Assembly (NCBI GenBank): GCA_053919585.1
Contig: CM132790.1
DNA from: Euprymna scolopes
Taxonomy: Eukaryota
Strand: one strand, 5' to 3'
DNA: 64,000 nucleotides
A model generated the notes under the pieces. That model was not told the DNA's origin. It made no database searches and worked only from the letters and a program-made list of their open reading frames with translations. The translations under genes and the position numbers were made by a program. Below are positions 1-14,700 of the stretch, one piece after another (the first letter of the stretch is position 1; each line of letters begins with the position of its first letter).

Positions 1-1027
1 CATGTATGTATATTTGTATGTCTGCCTTAAACTTTCGACAGAGACGACAAATTTTCACGAGATCGATATCGTCTTTAAGATCGACCCTTCGGGCGACAAA
101 TATCGAAAAATTGGCGAAAAACATTAATTCCTTCACCCTCAACTGGGCACTTCTCTACAAGGAGGGTTCGCTTTTATCGCCGGTATTTTCGAAAGTCATC
201 CCCTCTTTTCGATTGACTAGGCTTAATTTAAACCTTCGCCACTTCCGGTTTGGCGATGGACGCAACGGCAATGACGTCACGTTTTTTTTCATGTTCTTTT
301 CCACCTTCGCGGTATGGGCTTGAGCCTGCCTGCCTACTACCACTTTTGTTTTTGCTCAACACACACCTCCAAACATCCAGGCTGATAATAACTTAAGGAA
401 GAAACTATTTTGCAAGTTCTGGTAAAATAGTCAAACATGCTTTTGAGCTTATTTTGCCGGTTCTTGAAAAACAAACCCTTTTTATGCTTATTTTGTTGGT
501 CTTGGTAAAATAGATCCCAGGTTTTTTTCCCGGTAAATGTTTTTTTTTTTTTTTTTTTTAATTATTAATGCAAGTAAAGCAAATTTAGAAAACAGATTTA
601 ATATAAGCTTATTCATATTTATAATTTTTAAAACAATTCGAAAGTTTTACCTACTCCTGCCAAATGTCGAAACATTAAAACAATTTATTTAAAATAAAAT
701 ATATTTAGTCTCTGCAAATCCAAAATTTACCCATGTAGAAGGTTCTTTTACCAATGTACGTAGGTGCACCCACTGAAAACAAGTCGACACCGAAGGAAAC
801 GGACGTGTAAAGTAAAAGCGAGAATGGGCCGGCTGTGACAAGAGTGCGGTCGGAAGAAAGGGAAACGCTTCCAGGTTAGATGGACATGTAGCAGCGAGAG
901 ACTTTTTAAACTGTGTTGAGACTGGAGAGTAACGGTAATAAATGTTTTTGTTAAAAAAAAAAATTAATTAAATGCTGACCCGGATTTTTATTTATTTCCT
1001 TTGTTTGTTTGTAACTGCAATGTTACA

Positions 1028-1028
<1 letters not shown>

Positions 1029-1094
<66 letters not shown>
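1029..1094. repeat. (AAT)n microsatellite
   Basis: Directly visible. Confidence 0.97.
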
Positions 1095-1097
<3 letters not shown>

Positions 1098-1556
1098 ACA
1101 ATTGGGTAAAACAGTTTTTTCTTGCTAACTTGTGTTAAGTGTAGCTTGAATTTTAAAACGAACTACACAATGAAATCTTTTATCAATAAACTCGTTGTAA
1201 AAATGTTGCCCGAAATGAAGTGAAGTCATTTTAGCTTTTAATTTGCATTTAGTCGAACATTTTAAAACCTGACGGAGACAATTATTATTATACTATCCGT
1301 ATAAATATTGATCTTCCTTGCTAATTTTTTTGGGTTATTATTAAAATAAATAAGTCGTCATAGACAAAGTACTTATTTCTCGAAATCATCTGTAGTTAAT
1401 GTGTTATAATAATCCCAATAAAACGGGACTGCATTAAAAACGATAATTGGTCAATTAGAAAAGTTTTATTTGTCAGCTTAAATTCTATTTAAGCCTGGCT
1501 TTGAAAATCCGACAAGATAACTTAAAATGTAAGATTAAAAACTGATTATTACTTAC

Positions 1557-1836
1557 TTGTTGATTTGATACATATTTTCGTGGAGATTTTCACTTCAACT
1601 GGTTTTGTCGAATCTTCAGGAGTAATAGTAATTTTTAGTACTGTGGCATCTGTACCTGGTGGAATGCTTACAGGCTGTTCAGGTGATGATTTAATTGGAG
1701 TTGATGGAAGAATACCTATGGGAGTAGTGCCTGCAGCGGGTAAAACTGCGGATAGCGTGGTTGGTGATCCGGGTGCAACTATAGCTGGTGTCGTTTCTGC
1801 CACAGGTACACCAACAGGAGACACTGTGGTCGTTTT
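1557..1836 (-). CDS. Type-A exon (280 nt)
   Basis: aagcag|AAA ACG...A|gtaagt; ends [12 protein letters not shown]. Confidence 0.88.
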
Positions 1837-2411
1837 CTGCTTAAATATAAATTATATCGCATTAAATTGAGCCAAATTTAAGTAATATATTCACTAAATA
1901 TTTAATAGATTGTTTAAAGGAAGTTCAAAATTAACACGGTTTTCTGGGTTAATAAGTTGATACACTGAGACAGAAATATTGGTCGATATAAGAGCAGGTA
2001 TTGTGGATATGTTAGATATTGGAAGGAAACCACAGGAAGAAAAACATTCGATGGGTTGCACACACGCAAACAGATTCAAGTAAGGAATACGGGATTTCCC
2101 ACCATTGCTTAACGGAATGCATAGTTTGACCCAGAAATATATGAGAAGGTATCGGTCAAATGTTGAAACAATAGCCAAAGGAAATATCAAACATTCCAAT
2201 ACGAAAAGAATGTTTTAGAAATAAAATCGCAACAACAAAAATCAGTCAATCGATTAGAGAAATAATGAAAGGCTGTGTAACCATTTCTTCACTGCCAAAC
2301 AACCGCCTAAACCCGCACCACTTCACGCATCTTTCAGAAACGTCAAAACACTAGTAATAATTTATAATCAAAAGCTGGTTTGTCGCTGTGTTGTGGTTTT
2401 TGTCGCTTTCA

Positions 2412-2476
<65 letters not shown>

Positions 2477-5400
2477 ACCAGCGACAAAATTAGATGTTAA
2501 CACTTATATTGACTGGACAAACGCGTTTCGAACAACCGGCCACAGCGAATACGTAGCAGAGATATTCATCTTATGGATTTTAACAATGGAACTAAACCTG
2601 TTTAGCGCAGGTAACGTTTCATACCCCCCCCCCAAAAAAAGAATATAATCAACAAACTTTTCGCATGTTAATATTTAAATACATAGAACGACGCATATCC
2701 GTACCTGTACACATCTCATAATATTTTCGAGAAAAAATAAACTCTAATAATGATTAAAGCACCAACATTCACGACTAACATAAATTAGAACAAAAACATA
2801 GAAAACATTACCAAGGCTGCTGCAAGGTAGGTGGGTTTCCTCTACAGAGTTTACAAAAAACAAAAAAACCCCAAAAAACTGCCAGTATTCGATAACTCTA
2901 GAAAGCCACGATTTGTCAATATATGGAGTATTGTTGTCGCATTTGAACTGGTGCATTAACCACTAGCATCTACCCCTTGGCAGGTTACTAAAAAACCCTA
3001 TAATTTAAAAGGCCCCACATTACATATCAAGTTCCAACCCTTGCCCCATCTTTGCATCTTTGTGCTTGTTTATAAGGTGCCCCGAAATAACTTGATGCAC
3101 CTCATCGACAATTTAAATACATCCGGCCAACTTTCCAGTCAGCAAAATCTCATCCCTTTATTGTAGTTCATATTACATTTAAACTTCTGCATGCTAATAT
3201 AGTTAGGGAAGGAAGAAGCTGTGAGAGAATTCCAAAAGATACCGGTTTGATAAAAGAAGGTATTAGTAGAAAGCCTTCTGGCGTATGGGGACCTCTAAAA
3301 TAAAGGGGTGGGATTTTGCTGATTGTTAGATCAGTTGGGTGAATTGATGTCAAAAGGGGGCACCAGAGCAGTAAATTCGCCGGAGCAATTCCATTAAAAT
3401 GCTTGTAATACAAGCGCAGGGATGCAACATTGCACCCATGGTAAATGGCCTGGGACTTGGTATTAGATTAGAGTCCTTTTTTTAAAACTCTATGTAGACA
3501 TGTGACAATTAAAATATGATTGGATACAGTGGAAGCCTTTTGAATGACAAGATAAGAAAAGAGTAATAAACCAACTTATGGTGCACATATATCAGGGCAT
3601 GTAACAACTGTTACCGACAGAAAACTATTAAATGCTGAACCCCAATTACAGAGTTTTGTCATCAGTTCGTACTACTTCCAGGCCTATTTAAGCCTCCTAA
3701 CTATGGGTTAAATGTACTTTTTCTTAGGCACGATATCAAACTGAGTTCGACACTCTTAGATAAGGTGTTTATCTCTATTACATGCCACCGTTCCAAAGTC
3801 CATTGGTCGAAATCGTTACTAGATTATGTTTAATTTCTGTCTAGATTATGTTTAATTTCTGGCCAACCTTATTTATCCCTTCCGACAGACAATTATATCA
3901 AAGGCCTCTATTTGTAGAGCTTTGGGAAGTATGGAATCAGTCATTAATTATCATTACTCCAAGTTCCAATTTGATTCTGAGCGATAGTACACGTAAGAGT
4001 CCCATTTAAGGGTTAAATAGAGTTTAGCAATTAGAGACTATTTATTTATAAATTATACAGCCACAAAAGTAATTAATCTACGCAGTATACAAAATAGAAC
4101 TCTTAAATATTAGAAAATATCAAGGACTTGAAGCATAAAACTTCTACCGAAATAACTGCATTTGGCATTAAATAAAACCAGGCATAGGATGCTATGAAAT
4201 AAACTAAAATCAAATCAAGCAATTCAGCTGAGTGGATATGAGAAGCTTAACGCGTTCTCTAAATGCATTTTATGAGTCATGCTTCTTCCAGAAGATAAAG
4301 TAGACAACCGATTTGTGGTACATGCAAAGTATAAGCAGATGATTTAACAATTTACCTGGGTGGGTTTGAGTAATTCGACACCATATTCTTTGACGTTCTG
4401 CGGATTGATCAGTTTAACCACACCGCCAGTTTTTATATCTTCCCCAACCGTAAGTGTGGCCACTCTGTCGTCTGGTGTAATTGTTATCCATCCAGGACCA
4501 GTGGGTCTGACATCTCCGGGATTTCCTGATGGATTTGGCTCGAGTGTAATAGCATCATCCGGTAAGAGCGTATCATCTTCCATGCTTTCCACAAGTGGAC
4601 ACGTAGCTAGAAGGAAACNNNNNNNNNNNNNNNNNNNNNNNNNNNNNNNNNNNNNNNNNNNNNNNNNNNNNNNNNNNNNNNNNNNNNNNNNNNNNNNNNN
4701 NNNNNNNNNNNNNNNNNNNNNNNNNNNNNNNNNNNNNNNNNNNNNNNNNNNNNNTCAAATTGCAATATTTATTCCCATTCTTAGACTTTAGTTTAATTAA
4801 AATATACCATATTTATTCGAAAACATACAAAGGTAACTGTGAGGTCTCACCCATGCACAAGATATTAATACTTCTAGACTGTATATATAGACCGGAAGGT
4901 ACCGACTTTTGGGGTGGCCTGTCAACTTTGTAGTACACGTAAATTGTAATTCCAACCTCGACAACCATTTCAATGGCTTTTTTTGTCAGAATGATGCAAA
5001 ATTTTACGCCCCCCCTCATGATTTGCCTCTCGGTTTTTGAGAGAGGCAAGTTCATCGCTTGTGATCTTAGGCGTCCTTACCGGGGAATGCGGGGACTAAT
5101 GAGATGTACTTTTTCAGGACCAAAATGCTAGCTCATTTATCCCACCTTCCAATCTAGTGTCCCATACTCTCGTGGTGGGAGAGTTTCAAATACCGCGGCC
5201 TGTGTATTTTCGGAGTGCACCATCTTAACGGTACATGCTACGACTCTTGCTCTCTGTATATTCTGTTTTGTTTTAATACAAATTACCTTTTCTAACCCAT
5301 ATCCGTGTCCGTGTTTTCCTTAGTGATCCTTCCGAGCCACAGCAACTTGGAGACTAGAACTCGAATTCACAAAATGACTTGGAGATGAATAACGCAAATT

Positions 5401-8400
5401 TAAAAAGATCATTAAAAAAAATATTCGGTTCGAGAAATAAAGGAAAAGGATAAAAGTCAACCAGTAATAATACACCGAAGCTATCAGGCAACTGACTAAC
5501 ATTCTAAAACAAATATTTTTAACCAGGGCTATGAGAATACCTAAATGTTTGAACATTTAGTACAGTTAGAAATTCTAAGTTAAAACTAAAAAGAATAAAA
5601 CGGTAAGCACTAATTTTTTGCAATTAAATAGTTTTTTATTCTCTCTCTCCCTCTCTCTCTCAAAAAAAAAAAAGAAAAATACCGTAAATGTACAGTAATA
5701 AACTGTAATTAGTTAAATTACACCGATTTTTTCTCAAGTAAATTTCGCTCTAGGGAAAAGTAAACAAGATGGACGACTTTAAAGAGATTATTCTAAGGAT
5801 GTTACAGCAACAAGAACTCCTGAAACAACAGATGCTTCAACAACAAAAAGCTGAAGAAAGACAACAGAAAACTGAAGGAAGATTGATTCAACAACAAGAA
5901 AAAAAAATGGGAGAACGTCCACAAAAAAGAAACAAAAAAAACATGAATTACTTCACAAAAGCTTGACCAAAAAAACAACCGCAGGCAGTAACACAGCGTT
6001 TGCGCAAGAAACAATATTGAATACCACAGAGACGTTTACCTACGTTCCTGATTAAGACCAAACTTTATGAGGTACGAAGACCTTTGCAACGCTGATTGCA
6101 AAAAGTGGTCTAATGCGAAAAAACTTCGTCTGCTTTTACGAAAGCTAGCAAATGCTGAACACAGTGGTTCGTAGACTACATTTTACTATCAGAACTTTTC
6201 AGTCCTAATATATCTCTTTTTCATAAAAGATGGTGATGTTTTAATTTAGCTACGCGCGCCGGCGAAGATTATTTGACGTTGTAATAAACACTGTAACAAC
6301 TTTAGATGAGCAGAATTATTGGCAAATAATTTTAAACGTCTCATTTTTTGCTCAAGGGTTAGTGTTGGCAAAAAATGCTGAGATTAGACGAAAAGTGTAC
6401 GCAAAACTCGAAAGCGAATCCAATCTCCATCTGCATAAACTTATAAAGGATTGCCAAGGGGTATGAGCGTGAGAAAAGTAAAGTACACATCTAAAATGAC
6501 GCCTTTAAAAAGAGAAATACGAATATGCCAAACCACAGTCTCAGTATAAAACAAAAGGATTACTTCCCTAAAAAGTTAAAAGAAAAATGGCCGCACACAT
6601 TTTCAAAACGATATTAACAAGCTTTTTGTGTGCAAAAAGGCTTGGGAGAGGGATCTTTTGTTGACTCACCCATGCACAAGATATGAACTTTTCTGAACTT
6701 TATAAATAGACCGAGAGGTACAGACTCTCAAGGTGACATGTTTATACTTCGTAGTACGCCACCTTGACATTATGTTCTCTGTATAATCTGTTTTGTTTAA
6801 ATACAAATAACTTTTTCTAGCCCATATCCTAAAGAATGCATTGAACGTTTGGTCTTAACCAGGAACGTAGGTAAATGTCTCTGTGGTGTTCCGTATTGTG
6901 TTTTGCGCAAACGCTGTGTTACTTAGTGACCCACCCGGGCCACAATACAAATATACGATACTGTAACTCTTAAAATGACAACAATAGTCGTTGGAAAATA
7001 TGCCAGATATACTCTCTTCTATTGTGTATGTATAATAAAAGGGAAAAACTACAAGTAAGAGCTAAAATAATCTAGATATTGATTTTGAAAGGCACATTAA
7101 AATAATTGCAAAAGCTAAATAATTGTAATTACAATCTGACAGTAAAACAATTAAACAAAATAACATGGCGAATATGTCGATCTGTAAGATATAACATTTA
7201 TTTTCGATTGAACTTAAGATTTTTGTGCTTCGTCCAAAATAAAAGCGTTTGTATTTATTCGAAAAAAAAAAAACACGAAAATAATACGAGGTTGTGTAAC
7301 TCTGCAAGCAATACCAATTCTCAGTAGAACAATATGTCAAAATATAACCTTATATATTATATGTATGTAGTGAAATGTCAAAGATAGAAATAAGAGCCAA
7401 TGAAATCCAAATACTGAATACCTTATAACCGCATTAGAGTAATTACCGACACCAAATTCGCATTATCATTGTGCATTAATATGCAACAATATAATACGAA
7501 ATATTTGTTATAACAAATAATAGAAATCAGATGAAAAAGAGTAATTATGTGGTGTGGTAGCCGTAGTTACAACTGGCAGTGTAATAGTCGCAGGAGTAAC
7601 GATCGTTGTAGCAGCAGGCGTAAACGTTGTTACAGCTGGCGTCGTCTCAGCTGGTGAAACAGTTGTTGCTATCGCTACACGAAGAAAACAGAAGAAACTT
7701 TATAATTTATGCATATTTGCTAGAAATCGAAACCATATAAATATAAAGATTTTCTGCTGATTTTTATCTATTCATTCGAATGCAAATCATTTTGATGGCG
7801 TTTCTATCAAGATTGACCATGTTTCAGAAAAATACCTATCGTTCAAGGAAAGCACGTGTGCAGAAAATTTATCACTCACCAAATCTAAGTCTTGAATGAC
7901 TGATTTGCGCCGAAAGTGGCTTGGATTAGTAAATCGAACTACTTTATGGAACATTATATTAGTAAATGAAACAGTGAAAATAACATTTATCGTGAGGGTA
8001 AAAAGTAATTACGTGGTGTGGTCGCTGTAGTTACTGCTGGTGTAGTAGTTGTAGTTACTGCTAGTGTGGCAGTAGTAATTACTGCTGGTGTGGTTGCTGT
8101 AGTTACTGCTGGTGTGGTAGTAGTAATTACTGATGGTGTGATTGCTGTAGTTACTGCTGGTGTGGTAGTTGTAGTTACTGCTGGTGTGGTAGTTGTAGTT
8201 ACTGCTGGTGTGGTAGCTGTAGTTACTGCTGGTGTGGTAGTTGTAGTTACTGCTGGTGTGGCAGTAGTAATTACTGATGGTGTGGTAGTTGTAGTTACTG
8301 CTGGTGTGGTAGTTGTAGTTACTGCTGGTGTGGTAGTTGTAGTTACTGCTGGTGTGGTAGCTGTAGTTACTGCTGGTGTGGTAGTTGTAGTTACTGCTGG

Positions 8401-8675
8401 TGTGGTAGCTGTAGTTACTGCTGGTGTGGTAGTTGTAGTTACTGCTGGTGTGGTAGTTGTAGTTACTGCTGGTGTGGTAGCTGTAGTTACTGCTGGTGTG
8501 GTAGTTGTAGTTACTGCTGGTGTGGTAGTTGTAGTTACTGCTGGCAGTGCAGTAGTCACTGGAGTAATGCTCGTTGTAACCGCAGGAGTAGTCATACTTG
8601 GAGAAACTGTTGTTGCTGCAGCTAAAAGAAGAGGAAGAAATGATTAATTATTTGTACATATTATACATATATATA

Positions 8676-8739
<64 letters not shown>

Positions 8740-11700
8740 CAATGAAAATAATTTGATTTCCTCTTCTGGTCCACATAAAAATATTTTGCAGAAAGCAGTG
8801 TATGAACATTAGTTATTCCTGAAAATTACTCATGATAGATGAACAACGATGTTCAGAAAATGTTTAAAAAGACTAGTAGGCCGCCTGGCTGTGCTCGGTC
8901 GTAAAATACGCACAAATATTATATTTTAATTAATGCAAAATTCTTATTTATCATAAACAGAAATACAGTAGTAAAATTCATTTGTAAAAAATGAAGTTAA
9001 AAAAAACGAAAAAGAAAAACTGAGACATGTACATGCGAGTGTTATGTTTTTTTTCTAAACAGTTCACCTCTTGTAAGTAAAAAAAAAAACACTCGATCTG
9101 AGATCGAAACTAAAACCTAAGCACAGTGAGTCCAGTACAATAACCATTAGGCAAGCTTAACATGATTTTTAAAACTGTTTTGAAACTTACTTATTCTTAA
9201 CATAAGTAATCTGTCATGTGACGATTCACGTATGCGCATTCGCGAAACAGTTGATAAACAGATAAAAATCCGATGACACTCACGTACCAATTTTTAAAAT
9301 TCGACCCTTTAGCAGCCCTTTTTTCCGGATGAAACCCGATTAGTTTTCCATATGTCTGATAAATCTATATACTAAATTTCAAGCCTGAAAAATTCGTTGA
9401 GTATATAGGTTGAGAATCGTCATCACATACACACATTCTCACTTTTATAGATATGTAGATTAAATACATTAAGTCACTTTGCCTAAAAATGTTTCGTAAG
9501 AAAACGTGTTTAAATCTTTAATATAACTGCTGGGTCATGATATGTTAAAGCACACGCTGAACAATATCACTTTTTGTAAAGGACATGAACTCTAAACTGT
9601 AATGCAAATTTCTGCGTTTTTTTTAATAACTAAAATACTCATTAACACTAACTTGTTGATTTGATACAGATTTTAGTGGAGATTTTCACTTCAACGGGTT
9701 TTGTTGGATCATCGGGTATAATTGTAACTCTCACGACTGTCGCATCTGTACCAGGTGGAATGATAACGGGCTCGTCTGGTGAAAATTTAACTTTAGTTGA
9801 TGTAGGTGTAGTTGCTGCGCCTGGAGCACCTCCAACAGGCGTTGTTGCTGCGCCTGGAGCACCTCCAGCTGGTGTTGTTGCTCCGCTTGGAGCACCTCCA
9901 ACTGGCGTTGTTGCTCCGCCTGGAGCACCTCCAACTGGCGTTGTTGCTGCGCCTGGAGCACCTCCAACTGGCGTTGTTGTTCGTGCTCCAAGTATACCTC
10001 CAGCGGACACTGTTGTCGTTGTCTGTCAAAAACAAAATAATACAGTCTTAAATGCAGACAAAATCAAATAATAGTTAACCATCTGACAGCATATCTAAAA
10101 GAAGGCAAACGATTTTCGAGTAAAATTAGGACATAAATAATACAAAGATACTAATGTGAAAACACTATTATGAAATAGGCTACAAGAAAAAAAAAACATA
10201 GGATAAACCTCAGATTAATTTGTTTATTGCGGACTATTATCCTTATCTTTTTTTAGTTGTTGTTGCTTCACGGCGTTTCGGCCAACCATTCCTCTGACCT
10301 GTGTCTGGTGGTAACCGCAACGGGATAGGAGCTCCGAATCTCCTAACTACATTCTCAGCAATTACTGCCTTCCATAGTTGTTGTCGCCTTACCATGGTTT
10401 TGGCCAAATAGTTGGCCGAAACGTCGTGAAACAACAACAGTACAATGAATCTTTAGTACAGTGAATGCTTAATAATAAAAATGTAATTGATAAATAATCA
10501 ATAGGTTAACTATTTCAACACGTAAACCGGCAACTACATACATGTGCACATTAAACTTTGACAATAAATAAAGCATATTTTTAATCCAACTGTTTAACAG
10601 AACATATATATTCTAAAAATTAAAAAAAAAAAAGCAAAATATTTGTTTAATTGCAATTTTTATTTAAAAATATCTACTTATATTGATCATTCCTTACATG
10701 ATACATTAGGAATGTATATTAAAGATTTTTCATTTATTACAAACTGTAACATAAATATCAAAATTAGGAATACCTATGGCTGTTTGTGGGCGTTAGTAGA
10801 TTACTATATATACATTATTTGAAACATTTTATATCATACAATTAAATGAGCATAAGTCGCTTTAATGGTAATATAGTTAGGATAGATTTCAAAGACATTT
10901 GCATTTATCATTTATATTAGGAATGTACAAATATAAAAAAATGACTCCGATTCGTTAAAAAGTCAGTAAGAAACAGAGAATTATCCAGAAGTATTACTGA
11001 AATGTTTATGATCTATTCATTAACTAGCAGGGAGACACAACTTCGCTCGTGATTGGATAAGGATCAATGAATGTTCTACATCGCAATATGCTTATTTTCA
11101 TCGAAACCGCCCATTTTTTAAAATTTAATCGATCGATCGCCTGCTCTAATCGGGGATCCGCAGCATGTACCGGGAGGAAGCTTCACATCACTCCATTGCC
11201 TCCCTGCAATGACTTAGTCCACAATACATTGTAGAACACTTATTGCTGATTTCATAAAATTGTTTTTATATTTGAATTAAAGTTTAAAATGCAGAAGTCA
11301 TATATCATGCTTCAGTTGTGCTCTAAACAGAAACAATCGTTTCGAACGCGCGCCTGTTTTATCAAATAACCTACTATTGATTTATACGCTGGGTCCCTCT
11401 GCTTATGCGGTTATAAAACTTCATAAATGCACTTGTGATGCTAGGCTGCATGAGAATGTTACTTTTAATCGTATTTTTTGTATTATCGATTTTCGATACC
11501 TATGGGAGGCATTCCGATACCAGACGTATCTCAGAACATGAAGTAGATTTGTGTGAAAACAACAAAAAAGTATGACAAGCCATTTCGGAGCCTATAAGGA
11601 ACGAACTCTCATACACAAACACAGCCACAAACACACACAAGCACACACAGAGATAAAATGCCTTTTATATATAAGTAGAGATTGCTTATGTATTTAATGG

Positions 11701-14700
11701 CTCTATTCGTTTTAAATAAAATAACTAGAATCCTGATTCAACAATAATACAACAAACATCGACAAATTTTCAACTCCGACTTTCTCTTTCTTTTAGTTGT
11801 CCGAAATACGTTTACCTCCAGATTATTCCGCATATACAAATTGGTCTTACTTATATAAATCCCAAATTACGAATACAATCTTTTTCCACGGCAAAACATG
11901 CAAAACATACGACGCATTTCGAAGCTGGTGAGCTTCGTTTTCATTTCACTTGTTATAGTAAACAATATTTTATTTAATTTTTGAACTTACTGTGAAGAAT
12001 ATATTTTGCTTTACTTCAGGAACAACCACTGTGCGTATGTATCACACTGTTTCTTATTTACTTTGGTAATTTTATTTATAACGATAAACGATAATTTATT
12101 GAAATGGCTTAGAAAAATTTTTTTAAGTCCAAGAACGTATCGAAAATGTTTTAAAACGAATATTGAAAAATCAAAATAAACAAAATAAACGTAGAAACGG
12201 TTTTGTATTGAGGTTTTAACCAAAAAATTGAATGCTTTATTTCTTGTACAAACGGTATTTAAAAGTGTCACATGAATTAAAAAGCTAACTTACGCAGTAA
12301 AAACCCCTTGCATAGTATGATTATGCTAAAAAGATACATAGGAGTCTGACGTGTAGCATATAATCCGATGTAACAATTTACCTGAGTGGGTTTGAGAAAT
12401 TCCACAACGTATTGTTTGACGTTCTTTGGTTTGACGAGTGTAAGTACACCACCAGATTTGATATCTTCTCCAACAGTAAGTGTTGCAACTCTGTCGTCTG
12501 GTGTAGTTGTTATCCATCCAGGACCAGTGGGTCTGACATCTCCGGGATTTCCTGTTGGATTGGGCTCGAGTGTAATAGAATCATCCGGCAATAATGTATC
12601 ATCTTCCATGTTTTCCACAAGTGGACATGAAGCTATAAAGAAAACAAAACATGGCGGATCTGTAAATTTGCAATCTACGGAACGTATTTAAAACTTTTCT
12701 AGACTTAATCTTAAATAAATAACTCTGCTTTTATTGATTGATTGATTGATTGGTTTTATGGCATATCAACCTATGTGGTCATTTAATGCCAGAGTCTTTT
12801 TTATATACATTAATAATTATAAGTTTTATGCATGTATCTGGTGTTCAGTGTCTATGTTTATACAGTTAGATAAGGTATTTTTTTAAATTTTGTTGAGTAA
12901 CCCTGTTATCTTCAGATATTTGAGAAGGATAGTTGGGTCTACATGAGTGAATATGTCCTTTACATTTTTTTCATTATATAGATTCAGTCAGTTTGTTTTC
13001 AAGTCTTCGCATCTTGTTAATATGTGATTTACTGTGTATGGTTCCTGTCAGGGTATACAGAGTGGGGCTGCTTCTTTTTTTAAGTAGGTAGAAGTGTGTC
13101 ATAGAGGTATGACCTATTCAGAGACTTGTTATAACTTCTTCCTTTCTGGTCATTCTTTTGTTTGGTTTCTGCTTTCCTGTGGTTTCCTTGATTTGGTATA
13201 TTTTGTTTTTTAGTACAGAAGTTCACGACTCTTGCCATGTGTTTCTAATATATTTGTTAATGGTTTGTTTTAGATTGGTATGAGGCATCTTATCTTTGGT
13301 TGGGGTCAAATTTAGTGCTGCTTTTGCTGCTTTGTCAGCTCTATCGTTACCCTTTATGTTGATATGACTGGGTATCCAACAAAAGAGAATGTTTTTATCA
13401 TTATGAATATCATCAAATCTATTTAGGGGTTTGGTGATTATTGGGTTCGTTGGTTTCCTGTTTCCAGTGTTTCGAGTACTAATTTGGCATCTGAACAGAT
13501 GATGAATTGTTTATCTTTAGAAGATTCTATAAGATCGAGTGCCATACCAATGGCTGATATTTCGGCACTGTAGATGGATGCTTTATCTGGTAATCTTTTG
13601 ATTAGGATTGTTTTATTGTGTATGGCTGCACATCCAACGTTGTCTCCATCTTTTGAACCACCTGTATAAATTGTTGAGTGTTGGAATACTTGTCTTTTAT
13701 TAATTGGAATTTTTCTTGATATACGATTGGATTGGTTTTTGTTTTAGGATACTTAATTATGTCTGATATTATTTTTGGTGGTTTTGTCAGCCAGGGGGGA
13801 TATTTAAGTTTTACAAATTCGTGTATTGCTGCAATGTCTATCTGGGCTTTATTTATGGTTTTATAGTATTTTCTTTTCTATCAAAGGGATTTTTGTATTG
13901 GGGTGGAAGACACATTTATAGGCAGGATTAGTTGGACATGAAGCCAATTTTGTATAATTTTGTAGTCCTAGTTTTTCTCTTCTAAGTGACAACGAGGGTT
14001 CATTTGTTTCTACATATAAGCTTTCCACTGGGAAGGTGGGGAAAGTTCCTAGAGCCAATCTTAGTCCTTGGTGATGTATTGTATCTAATTCTTTATGCAG
14101 GACTTTCTTGCGGATCCATAGATATAGCATCCATAATCCAACTTGGATCTGACAAGGAATCTGTATAATTTAATTACTGAGTCGTTGTCTGCACCCCAGT
14201 CTGTATGAGCTACTACTTTTAAGAGTTGGATGGCTTTGTTGCATTTTTGTTTGAGGTATTTAATATGAGGAATGAATGTTAACTTTTTATCAAAGATGAT
14301 GCCCAAGTATTTATACTGATCAACTATAGGTATAATTTCATTGTCCAGTTTCAATATTGGGCCATGGTGCATTTTCCGGATTTGGCAGAAATGGATGGCT
14401 TTTGCTTTTTCTTTTGAAAATTTAAACTCATTTTTTGTTGTCCATTCATTTATTTTGTTTAGACACAGTTGTAAATGGCGTTCTATTCTTGGAATATATT
14501 TTGATCTATAGCAGAGCAGGAAATCATCCACATAGAGGGCAAATTCTGTTCCTACATATATATTTTTGACGATGTTATTTATTTTAATGCTAAAAAGTGT
14601 GACAGACAGAATGCTTCCTTGTGGTACCTACGTTTCTTGTTTTTTACTGATGGATAGGTTATCACCTAATCATACATTAAAATGTCTATCATTTATAAAA

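Noticed and set aside
2750-4050. Possible old retroelement or SINE remnants
   Set aside because: The composition suggests decayed repeats, but I could not recover diagnostic motifs or boundaries.
5769-5966. Gln-rich 65-aa ORF as a host gene
   Set aside because: It lies between the LTR-like repeats and continues, frameshifted, into gag-like sequence.
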